Source: Macrostomum lignano (lineage: Eukaryota). Taken from it: DNA of 64,000 nucleotides. The stretch lies in NCBI GenBank assembly GCA_002269645.1, contig NIVC01002440.1, forward strand, positions 109,484 through 173,483, written 5' to 3'. Below are positions 12,818 through 22,908 of this stretch, piece after piece. The translations under genes were made by a program, and so were the position numbers. Positions within the stretch are counted from its first letter, which is position 1, and each line of letters starts with the position of its first letter. The notes beneath the pieces are model-generated. The model was not told the DNA's origin and did no database searches. It saw nothing but the letters and a program-made list of their open reading frames with translations.

Positions 12818-13250
12818 TCTGAGGGTGGGGCTGAGGGAGATTCTAAGGGCGGGCTGAGGGAGATTCTGAGGGTGGGGCTGAGGGCGATTTTGAGGGTGGG
12901 GCTGAGGCAGATTCTGAGGGTGGGGCTGAGGGAGATTCTAAGGGCGGGCTGAGGGAGATTCTGAGGGTGGGGCTGAGGGAGATTCTAAGGGCGGGCTGAG
13001 GCAGATTCTGAGGGTGGGGCTGAGGCAGATTCTAATGGCGGGGCTGAGGCAGATTCTGAGGGTGGGGCTGAGGGCGATTCTGAGGGTAGGGCTGAGGGAG
13101 ATTCTGAGGGTGGGGCTGAGGGCGATTCTGAGGGTGAGGCTGAGGGCGATTCTGAGGGTGGGGCTGAGGCAGATTCTGAGGATGGGGCTGAGGGAGGGGC
13201 TGAGGGCGATTCTGAGGGTGGGGCTGAGAGCGATTCCGAGGGTGGGGTTT
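12818..13250. repeat. 23-bp minisatellite
   Basis: Unit ggggctgagggagattctgaggg(t). Confidence 0.95.
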
Positions 13251-13388
13251 GAGAGCGATCATCAAATGATTATTATGAGTTTAAAATCAGCCTAATTAAA
13301 AAAACTGAGCGGTTATCAGAACCGGACGGTTCACATCGCGTCCATGGCTGAATGCAGAGCAGGGCCCAGCAGTTCAGACACCGGCCCT

Positions 13389-14885
13389 CTAAGCCTTGCG
13401 GAACGCTTGCTTCTCCATGTCGTCGTGCCGCCGCTGCACCTGATTGGCCCGCCGCCTCACCGCCTCCTCCAGGCTGCACTCTGCTGACTTGTTCGCCAGG
13501 CCGCGGATGAACTCGCCGCCCGGGCCCTCGCCGCCGCCTCCGCCGTTGGCCACAGCGGCCGCAGCCGCCGCCACTCGGGCCTCCAGCCGGGCCCGTCTGT
13601 CCGCCTCGCGATCGCGAGCGTCCTGCATCATCTCGGCCAGCCGCCGCGCCCGCTCATCATCCGGCTTCGTTCCGGATGACGATCTGTCCGACCGGTCCTT
13701 GTGACTAGATGAGCTGCCTGACTGGTCTGTGTGCCTAGGAGGCGACCTGTCCACCCGGCCTCTGTGTCTGGGAGGCGACCTGTCCACCCGGCCTCTGTGT
13801 CTGGGAGGCGACCTGTCTGGTCGGTCTTGGTGCCTGCGAGGCGACCTGTCTGGTCGGTCTTGGTGCCTGCGAGGCGACTTGTCCACCCGGCCTTGCTGCC
13901 TGCGAGGCGACTTGTCCACCCGGCCTTGCTGCCTGAGAGGCGACTTCTCCACCCGGTCTTTGTGTCTGGGAGGCGACCTGTCCATCCGGTCTTGGTGCCT
14001 GAGAGGCGACCTGTCCACCCGGCCTTTGTGTCTGGGAGGCGATTTCTCCACCCGGTCTTTGTGTCTGGGAGGCGACCTGTCTGGTCGGTCTTTGTGTCTG
14101 AGAGGCGAACTGTCCACCCGGCCTCTGTGTCTGGGAGGCGACCTGTCTGGTTGGCCTTGGTGCCTGGGAGGCGACCTCTTCATCTGGTCTTTGTGCCGGG
14201 GAGGCGATCTGCTGTACCGGTCTTTGTGACTGGGCTGAGGCCTGCCCGACGGGTCCCGGTGATCACCGGACTTCATCTGGTCTTTGTGCCGGGGAGGCGA
14301 TCTGCTGTACCGGTCTTTGTGACTGGGCTGAGGCCTGCCCGACGGGTCCCGGTGATCACCGGACTTCCCCGGTTCCTTGTTCACGATGGCCAGGTACTGG
14401 TTGAGCAGCTCGTCCCCGCTGGACTCTTCGGAATCCGAGCCCGATGAAGACGACGCTTTCTTGTTTCTCTTCCTCTTCTTGGTCTTCTCCTTCTCCTGCA
14501 AAGCCTGGGTCAGCTTGCGCATCTTCACCGGGTTCTGCTGCAGCCGGCGCAGCCGCTCAGCCTCCTGCTGCCTGATGAGGAACAGTGGGTCCTCGCGCAT
14601 CTTGGCCTGCATGTCCAGCACGGCCCGCCGCTCGATGATGCCGGAGTCCAGCTCCTTGCTGACGCCCTGCAGCTGCGCGGAGTCATCGATGGCGGACAGT
14701 TTAGAGACATCCGTGATCCGCTTGCCGCGCAAGTAGTCCTCTGCGCTGGGCCGGCTCATGTCCTCGTTGTAGAGAAACTCCACCCGCTGCTGCCCGTCCG
14801 AGCTGTACTTCTCGCGGAGCAGCTTCAGCATCTTCTCGCGCTCCTCGGAGTCCAGGTGCTCCAGGTCGAGGGCGCGGTTCGACAT
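13389..14885 (-). CDS. CWC25: CWC25-like pre-mRNA splicing factor
   Basis: VEFLY...SAEDYLRGKRI, DMQAKMREDPLFLIRQQE...QNPVKM, and C-terminal RARRLAEMMQDA...SLEEAVRRRANQVQR...EKQAF match recalled CWC25 motifs. Central 11-aa RSPPRH repeats. Confidence 0.85.
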   Translation of the reverse strand: MSNRALDLEHLDSEEREKMLKLLREKYSSDGQQRVEFLYNEDMSRPSAEDYLRGKRITDVSKLSAIDDSAQLQGVSKELDSGIIERRAVLDMQAKMREDPLFLIRQQEAERLRRLQQNPVKMRKLTQALQEKEKTKKRKRNKKASSSSGSDSEESSGDELLNQYLAIVNKEPGKSGDHRDPSGRPQPSHKDRYSRSPPRHKDQMKSGDHRDPSGRPQPSHKDRYSRSPPRHKDQMKRSPPRHQGQPDRSPPRHRGRVDSSPLRHKDRPDRSPPRHKDRVEKSPPRHKGRVDRSPLRHQDRMDRSPPRHKDRVEKSPLRQQGRVDKSPRRQQGRVDKSPRRHQDRPDRSPRRHQDRPDRSPPRHRGRVDRSPPRHRGRVDRSPPRHTDQSGSSSSHKDRSDRSSSGTKPDDERARRLAEMMQDARDREADRRARLEARVAAAAAAVANGGGGGEGPGGEFIRGLANKSAECSLEEAVRRRANQVQRRHDDMEKQAFRKA

Positions 14886-14988
14886 GGCGGCTAGTTCGGT
14901 TGCTGATGGGGTTGAGGCCAGGGGGCAGCAATTGCGACAGGTTGGTGTGTGGGTTCGAGTTTCAGTGTGCAGTGATTTTGAGGTGGCC

Positions 14989-15350
14989 ACGGTCACACCT
15001 GAGGATCTGGGAGCTGAGCGGTCATACCCTGGTACCTGAGGATCTGGGAACTGAGCAGTCACACCTGAGGATCTGGGAACTGAGCGGTCACACCTGAGGA
15101 TCTGGGAGCTGAACGGTCACACCTGAGGATCTGGGAACTGAGCGGTCACACATGAGGATCTGGGAGCTGAGCGGTCACACCTGAGGATCTGGGAGCTGAG
15201 CGGTCACACCTGAGGATCTGGGAACTGAGCGGTCACACATGAGGATCTGGGAGCTGAGCGGTCACACCTGAGGATCTGGGAGCTGAGCGGTCACACCTGA
15301 GGATCTGGGAACTGAGCGGTCACACCTGAGCATCTGTGAAATGAGCGGTC
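14989..15350. repeat. 29-bp minisatellite upstream of CWC25
   Basis: Unit ggtcacacctgaggatctgggaactgagc. Confidence 0.97.
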
Positions 15351-15792
15351 ACACCCGATGATTGAGATCTGAGCAAACAGGGTTATCTGGGGAAAGTACC
15401 AGAAGAAATAAACCCCAAATAACCTTCACGAAATCATTTGAAAATGGAAATATGAATCGCTTAGTATAATTAAAATATCAACTTCCGTGTTCAAAACAAA
15501 AGCAAGTCAGGAAACCTTTAACAAAAAGTAATTAAAAAATCGTCATTAAGCAGGAAGGAAGTGGTGCGTTATAGATATTTTTCATTGAAGTAAAAAAGGA
15601 AGTCAAAGTCAGACACCTGCGCACAGCTTCACAGAGGAAATATTGAACAAATGACAGTTAATGAATGCATTTACAGACAGCCAGACAGACAGGTCACCTG
15701 TTTAACCGGATTCAACATTGTTAAGCGATCTGAACAGCAAACTATTAAATCTCAGAGGGCGATTGCGTGGCAACAATTGAGTCATGCTGCAA

Positions 15793-16254
15793 TTCTAAGA
15801 AATATTGAAAATATTTCAAAATGATTTTCAGTTTTGCGTTCGGCAAAGTTCAAATACTAGCAGAAATAGAAGCAGAAATTTTTGTTAGAATTTTCTGGAA
15901 CACGGCAAGATTTGGGCGTTCCGGATTTGACTATTTTACCGGATTTGACTATTTCAGAATCTGAGAAACGGCTCGATGTCGGTGCCAAATATTCTTAGAA
16001 ATGGCACGAACAGTTTTTGTATGAATCTTTTCGCCGATTCGAAACGATAAAACCACGGTTAGAAAAGCAGATCCAGGAACGGCAATGACTGCTTCTAAGA
16101 AACGTTTTGACATTTCTAGGAAATAGACAAATTCTTAGAAATGCTGGTCCAGGAACAGGGGCTCTTCTCTTTCTAAACTCTTCTAAGTGTTTCTATGAAG
16201 TGGAAAGCTTTCTAAAAGAGCAGATCTAATAATCGCAGAGGCGGTTTCTATGAA
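15793..16254. promoter_or_regulatory. Cluster of seven TTC-N3-GAA (GAS/STAT-type) palindromes
   Basis: Exact sites start at 15793, 15992, 16093, 16114, 16132, 16191 and 16246. Function is unproven. Confidence 0.35.
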
Positions 16255-16365
16255 AGCTTCAGCTTTTCAGAAATGCGCATTCAGGTGAGAACTGGAGGCG
16301 GCCAAGCCTAATCCCGGATCCCATCCCAAGAAACGCAGCAGACTCAAGCGGCTCAGGACAAGCGG

Positions 16366-17034
16366 CTAGCCGTCAAACAGCAGGTGCCGATGCGAGCTCA
16401 GGACCAGCTCAAACCAGGGCGTGGGCGGTTCGCCCGCAGCTCGCCGCTCGGCCACAAAGTCGTCCAGCTCAGCGTCGGCCAGCCAAGCCGTGGCGGCCAC
16501 CTCGTTGGGATCCGGCCACAGCTTCCGTTGCACATCCTCGTTCGCGCCGGCCGGCAGCCGCAGGCGCAGCACGTGATCGACCTCGTGCTCGGCTCACTGG
16601 CCGGTGGAGTCGCAGTCGGCCTGGTAGACGATGGTCGCCAGGTGCTCCATCTGGCCGGGCGGCAGCCGCAGGCCGAGCTCCAGCCGGGTGCGCCGGGCCG
16701 CGGCCAGCTTCACGCCCAGGCCGGGCTGCAGCTCATCGGCCGTGTGCAGCGGGTGAGAGCAGCAGGTGTTGGTCCACCTGCCGGGGAAGGTCAGCTTCAG
16801 CAGCGACCTCCGCTGCAGCCGGCCGGCGCGGACATTGTCGGCCCGGTGGCAGAACTCCTTGGAGGCGGCGCCCAGAACCCGGTCTGAGGTGTCCACCAGG
16901 ATGCACTGCTCCGACAAGAGGGCCGCCTGCGACGGGTGCACCGTGCCTGATGTCGGAGGGGACGGCGGAGCCGCGCTGCCACACAGCAGGCGGCCAGCCA
17001 ACCGGCCGGCGAGCGATGGGGCTGGGAGAGGAGG
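16366..17034 (-). pseudogene. IDI1: Isopentenyl-diphosphate delta-isomerase with an internal deletion and an in-frame stop
   Basis: EQCILVD...SKEFCH, KLTFPGRWTNTCCSHP, GVKLAAARR, EHEVDH, PDPNEV and TPWF are IDI1 motifs. The HRAFSVFLF segment is absent (near 16818), and TGA at 16594-16596 replaces the conserved Trp before EHE. Confidence 0.8.
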
Positions 17035-17104
17035 CTGGAAGTTTATCGGGCAAGTTTTAATTAGGGCCTGAATTCAATGACACCTGTATTTCTCCTGATT
17101 ACTC

Positions 17105-17630
17105 CCAGTTCGCTGACTCCCAATTCAGTGACCTCCAAACTCCCAGTGACCCCTAACTCACTGTTCAGTGACCCCCCCCCAGACTCCCAGTTCAGTGACC
17201 CACAAGCTCCCAATCTAGTGACCCCCTAACTCCCTGTTCAGTGACCCCCAGACTCCCTGTTCAGTGACCCCCAGACTCCCTGTTCAGTGACCCCCCTAGC
17301 TCCCTGTTCAGTGACCCCCAGACTCCCTGTTCAGTGACCTCCTAACTCCCTGTTCAGTGACCCCCAGACTCCCTGTTCAGTGACCCCCTAACTCCTGTTC
17401 AATGACCCCCTAACTCCTGTTCAATGACCCCCTAACTCCTGTTCAATGACCCCTAACTCCTGTTCAATGACCCCCTAACTCCTGTTCAATGACCCCCTAA
17501 CTCCTGTTCAATGACCCCCTAACTCCTGTTCAATGACCCCTAACTCCTGTTCAATGACCCCCTAACTCCTGTTCAATGACCCCCTAACTCCTGTTCAATG
17601 ACCCCCTAACTCCATGTTCAGTGACCCCTA
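17105..17630. repeat. 21-24-bp minisatellite with graded unit change
   Basis: ctccctgttcagtgacccccaga grading to taactcctgttcaatgacccc. Confidence 0.95.
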
Positions 17631-18070
17631 ACTCGGAGTAAAATTAGCCCAAGTCCAGGATCAGAGACCTGGCCAACCGTGCCACGGCAGTGCATAGAAA
17701 AGTTCTCCCCATCGCACACAGTTGCACGGCAGGCAGGCAGGCAGAGCCCGAGGCCGCAGCAACGACAAATCTAATAAACAGTCGCGGTAATGAAAGTGCA
17801 GGCAGCCGGGCACTCCCGTATCAGCCAGCCAGCCCGGTGATTTGACACCCGCCTGACCGACTTCTAGTAGCAGGAAGAAGCGCAATCAGGCCTCCGAGCA
17901 GCGCCAGCGGATTAATAATCTCAAGGAGAAATCGAGATCGGCTTGAGACCCCCTCTGCTCCAAGGTGCACCCAATGTCAGCAATAAAGAAAGCAAAACAG
18001 GGTGGGGAGAAGTTAATCCGGTGGGATGGAGAATGACGGTGAGCACTTGAACGGGGAAGTGCATCCCACC

Positions 18071-18250
18071 TTGAGCACCGGACCGGACTTACGGACTGTT
18101 TAATATGGGGAACTTGGCCTGAGCACTCAGCAGCGGACTTGCGGACTGTTTAATATGGGGAACTTGGCCTGAGCACTCAGCAGCGGACTTGCGGACTGTT
18201 TAATATGGGGAACTTGGCCTGAGCACTCAGCAGCGGACTCACGGACTGTT
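18071..18250. repeat. 50-bp tandem repeat, about 3.5 copies
   Basis: Unit gagcactcagcagcggacttgcggactgtttaatatggggaacttggcct. Confidence 0.9.
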
Positions 18251-18746
18251 TCCAGTTGTCAGGCATGTACACTCAGTCTTGGGGGGTGTCATGGGTATGA
18301 AATCACACGACAACCCCACTACCATATTTAGTGCACAGAATCGAAGCAGGGGTCACGGCGGAGTGCTCTGCCCTCCCAGCCTAAGGACTTGGCCAGGACT
18401 GTCTAGCGAGCTGCAAAAATTAATAAAGAAATTTAGGGAAGAAACGTTTAATAAAAAGAATCATAAAATACTACTGAAGTAGCTGGAAGTAGTATGGCTC
18501 GTTTATTTACACAATTTTTTTTGGATTTCCAACAAAAACATACACCAAAAGAAGTTACTGGACATATTATTGGACACCTGCTTCTTACTGGCATTCATTA
18601 TTCATAATGCCATTAATCAACATGGAGATTTGTTAGACTCATGCAACTATTGGATCTACAGGATGCGGAATTAATAAAGCATAATATTTCTAGGAAACAA
18701 GTAGGGATCTGGGAAAAGATCGGACCCGAAGCCTGCTGACTGGTTA

Positions 18747-18945
18747 TCTGAGCAATTCCCTCTGAGCCTGTTGGCTGGCATCTGAGCAATTCCCCTGAGC
18801 CTGCTTGATTGGCCATCTGAGCAATTCCCCTGAGCCTGCTTGATTGGCCATCTGAGCAATTCCCCTGAGCCTGCTTGATTGGCCATCTGAGCAATTCCCC
18901 TGAGCCTGCTTGATTGGCCATCTGAGCAATTCCCCTGAGACTGCT
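18747..18945. repeat. 35-bp minisatellite carrying CCAAT boxes
   Basis: Unit ctgagcaattcccctgagcctgcttgattggccat. Confidence 0.95.
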
Positions 18946-19082
18946 GGCTTGAGTAAGTCCCTTTCCCCAAGATTGACAGCGAGCAGTTGACAGCAGGAAA
19001 AGATGGAAGAGACGGGCGGCGGCATTTCATAGAGCGGAGCCAAAGAAGCTTCACTAGCAGGCCTGCTTGGCAATTTCTGCTC

Positions 19083-19550
19083 CTAGGAGGAGCCCGAAGG
19101 TTTGGCCGCCTGAGCAGCCGGCGGCGGCTCAGCAGGCCGGGCGATGAGCTGCCGTTCGGCCTCGAGCTCGCGCTCCCGCTCGGCCTGACGCTTGAGCAGC
19201 TCGGTCTGCTTGGCCTGCTGCAGCTGGATCGCCCGCTTCTTCAGCCGCTGCAGCCGCTCCGCCTGCCTGTGCATCTCCTTGCGCAGCCGGGCCAGCCGCT
19301 GCTGGTACTCGCGCACCTGCTCAAGCCGGCACTCCATCTCCTGCAGGCCTGAGCAGTCCGCCAGGTGCGCCCTCTCGTGCTGCACGCTTTCCAGGAACGA
19401 CTGCTGGCAGGTGAGCAGCTCCGCTAGCGCCGCCTCGCGGGCAGCCAGGCTGGGCCGGTGAAAGGCGAGAGCGCCGGCGGACAGCGCGGCGATGCTGGCG
19501 GAAGTTGCCGCGGCCTCCGGTGAGGGCGCCTCAGCGGGGTCGGCAGCGAG
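19083..19550 (-). CDS. BLOC1S6: BLOC-1 subunit 6 (pallidin); no ATG, ORF begins in phase 0 after acceptor CCTCAG at 19551
   Basis: LAELLTCQQSFLESV...YQQRLARLRKEM...LKKRAIQLQQAKQ...ERERELEAERQLIARPA matches the recalled pallidin C-terminal half. Confidence 0.85.
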   Translation of the reverse strand, partial: LAADPAEAPSPEAAATSASIAALSAGALAFHRPSLAAREAALAELLTCQQSFLESVQHERAHLADCSGLQEMECRLEQVREYQQRLARLRKEMHRQAERLQRLKKRAIQLQQAKQTELLKRQAERERELEAERQLIARPAEPPPAAQAAKPSGSS

Positions 19551-19679
19551 CTGAGGATCCGACAGCGGTGACACGGTGGGGCGTCAGGGCGGATGATGCG
19601 GAAATTGTTTATGTGGGGGAGTCAGAGGGGACGAACGAGCAATATGTCAGGAGGGTACTAGGGTGTCAGGGGATGATAG

Positions 19680-20040
19680 AGAAATCGGTCAGGGGAGGGT
19701 AGTAGTGTCAGGGGGTAGTTGAGAAATTGGTCAGGGAGGGTAGTAGGATTAAGAAATCGGTCAGAGAGGGTAGTAGGATTAAGAAATTGGTCAGAGAGGG
19801 TAGTAGGATTAAGAAATCGGTCAGAGGGTAGTAGGATTAAGAAATTGGTCAGGGAGGGTAGTAGAATTAAGAAATTGGTCAGAGAGGGTAGTAGGATTAA
19901 GAAATCGGTCAGAGAGGGTAGTAGGATTAAGAAATAGGTCAGGGGAGGTAGTAGGATTGAGAAATCGGTCAGGGGAGGGTAGTAGGATTGAGAAATCGGT
20001 CAGCGGAGGCTGGTAGGATTGAGAAATCGGTCAGGGGAGG
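19680..20040. repeat. 30-bp minisatellite
   Basis: Unit gggtagtaggattaagaaatcggtcagaga. Confidence 0.95.
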
Positions 20041-20569
20041 TAGTGGGGGTGTCAGAGCGGGTGACTGAGATGATCAGGGGCAGTGGAATCTGAGGTCTCA
20101 CATTGGCAAAACAGCAAGGCAAAGCTCATTAAGTATCTCTGGATAAGCAAGAATGTATTTAAATAAATTATAATATTAAATTCTAGACACAGCAGTTCAT
20201 GAAAGGGACTGCAAAGTTGATATCAAACAGACGTGTGTACACAACCTCATAGGCTTAAAAAGCGAATTAAACAGATTTAATAATCACAACGCATTTCATG
20301 CAGGAAACGCTACTACGAGCGTATAGGCAATTGGGAAACCTGTGAGAACGAAAACTGGTCTACGTAACACAGATATAACAAATATAACAAATATAAGACA
20401 AATATAACACAGTCGAGGGAAGCAACATCTAATAGGCTGAGTGCAATTTGCGAATGAGGAAAAACTATTCGTGGGACAAAATATTTTTGCTAAGCCTGCT
20501 ATGCAACTCCAAAGATGAACCCGCCGACAGCAAATGTGCGGAACGGCGACCTCTGACCCGATCCGATGA

Positions 20570-21433
20570 CCTCTACCAGCTACTAGTAGTAGTAAGTAGA
20601 CAATCACGGATGCTGTCACTGCCAGCTACTAGTAGTAGTAAGTAGACAATCACGGATGCTGTCACTGCCAGCTACTAGTAGTAGTAAGTAGACAATCACG
20701 GATGCTGTCACTGCCAGCTACTAGTAGTAGTAAGTAGACAATCACGGATGCTGTCACTGCCAGCTACTAGTAGTAGACTATCACGAATGCTGTCACTGCC
20801 AGCTACTAGTAGTAGACTATCACGAATGCTGTCACTGCCAGCTACTAGTAGTAGACTATCACGAATGCTGTCACTGCCAGCTACTAGTAGTAGACTATCA
20901 CGGATGCTGTCACTGCCAGCTACTAGTAGTAGACAATCACGGATGCTGTCACTGCCAGCTACTAGTAGTAGACAATCACGGATGCTGTCACTGCCAGCTA
21001 CTAGTAGTAGACTATCACGGATGCTGTCACTGCCAGCTACTAGTAGTAGACTATCACGGATGCTGTCACTGCCAGCTACTAGTAGTAGACAATCACGGAT
21101 GCTGTCACTGCCAGCTACTAGTAGTAGACTATCACGGATGCTGTCACTGCCAGCTACTAGTAGTAGACTATCACGGATGCTGTCACTGCCAGCTACTAGT
21201 AGTAGACTATCACGGATGCTGTCACTGCCAGCTACTAGTAGTAGACTATCACGGATGCTGTCACTGCCAGCTACTAGTAGTAGACTATCACGGATGCTGT
21301 CACTGCCAGCTACTAGTAGTAGACAATCACGGATGCTGTCACTTCCAGCTACTAGTAGTAGACTATCACGGATGCTGTCACTTCCAGCTACTAGTAGTAG
21401 ACTATCACGGATGCTGTCACTGCCAGCTACTAC
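20570..21433. repeat. 39-bp minisatellite (first units 44 bp), about 21 copies
   Basis: Unit tcacggatgctgtcactgccagctactagtagtagacta. Confidence 0.98.
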
Positions 21434-21896
21434 TCGCCCAAGAGGGATTTCAGGCAAGATTTGCAGCCGTGGGCCCAGCAGCAGCGGAGGCAAAATCAGT
21501 GAGATGTGAGCGGCAAAACAGAGAGAAAATGCGCAGATCAATAGGGCTAATGGGCAGGTGGGGAATTGTCAGGTTAGCCTCAAAATAGACAGGCGGTTGG
21601 AAATGTGCTTGATGGTTAATTCACAATAAACAAATAACGCTTTAATAGCATTAATAAACTAGTAAGTAAATGTTTGCTGAACATTATGCGCATTAGAAAG
21701 ATTATATGTGTAGCGTATCTGCTGTGGGATTACAACACCAATAACAATAATGATAATATAATATGATTAATATAGAATTTATCTATATATTTCTTACCGA
21801 AAATTATGAAGACTAGATCCTAGTGACTGACGCCTACCTGCCTTGTAACTTTGGGTTCAAGGTGGTGTTTTATTGAAGCTCATAGTTCCACTGGCC

Positions 21897-22523
21897 GATG
21901 CTCATAAACTATGGTATCTATGACACAGCTCGATGCTCATAAACTGTGGTGTCTATGACCCAGCTCGATGCTCATAAACTGTGGTATCTATGACTCAGCT
22001 CGATGCTCATAAACTGTGGTGTCTATGACCCAGCTCGATGCTAATAAACTTTGGTGTCTATGACCCAGCTCGATGCTCATAAACTGTGGTGTCTATGACC
22101 CAGCTCGATGCTAATAAACTTTGGTGTCTATGACCCAGCTCGATGCTCATAAACTGTGGTATCTATGACCCAGCTCGATGATAATAAACTGTGGTGTCTA
22201 TGACCCAGCTCGATGATAATAAACTGTGGTGTCTATGACCCAGCTCGATGCTCATAAACTGTGGTGTCTATGACCCAGCTCGATGATAATAAACTGTGGT
22301 GTCTATGACCCAGCTCGATGCTCATAAACTGTGGTATCTATGACTCAGCTCGATGCTCATAAACTGTGGTGTCTATGACCCAGCTCGATGCTAATAAACT
22401 TTGGTGTCTATGACCCAGCTCGATGCTCATAAACTGTGGTGTCTATGACCCAGCTCGATGATAATAAACTGTGGTGTCTATGACCCAGCTCGATGCTCAT
22501 AAACTGTGGTGTCTATGACCCAG
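21897..22523. repeat. 35-bp minisatellite, about 18 copies
   Basis: Unit gatgctcataaactgtggtgtctatgacccagctc. Confidence 0.98.
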
Positions 22524-22524
22524 C

Positions 22525-22908
22525 CCAGTGGTCATAAAAAATCTTAATCTGCTATAAATAAAACTCTCTATGCAGTTGATATTACTTTTGCAAAAGCTTT
22601 ATGCAAGCTTGGAACGGCAGGGGCCCAGCGGATGGAAAGTACAAAATCAAGAGGCTCCCAGTACCACTTGGACACCCGATAACTACTTGAAAAAGTCGCC
22701 AAAAAGTCCCCCCAGTCCAGTGGTCATAAAAAATCTTAATCTGCTATAAATAAAACTCTCTATGCAGTTGATATTACTTTTGCAAAAGCTTTATGCAAGC
22801 TTGGAACGGCAGAGGCCCAGCGGATGGAAAGTACAAAATCAAGAGGCTCCCAGTACCACTTGGACACCCGACAAACTACTTGAAAAAGTCGCCAAAAAGT
22901 CCCCCCAG
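22525..22908. repeat. 192-bp direct tandem duplication covering the DnaJ stop region
   Basis: ccagtggtcataaaaaatc... starts at 22525 and again at 22717; the copies are nearly identical. Confidence 0.95.

Noticed and set aside
16594-16596. TGA in IDI1 as selenocysteine or genetic-code reassignment
   Set aside because: The position is a conserved Trp, TGA is a normal stop in other genes here, and the gene has a second lesion.
20708-21541. 277-aa and 253-aa repeat ORFs
   Set aside because: The 39-bp unit is divisible by three, so both strands stay open; there is no splice or domain support.
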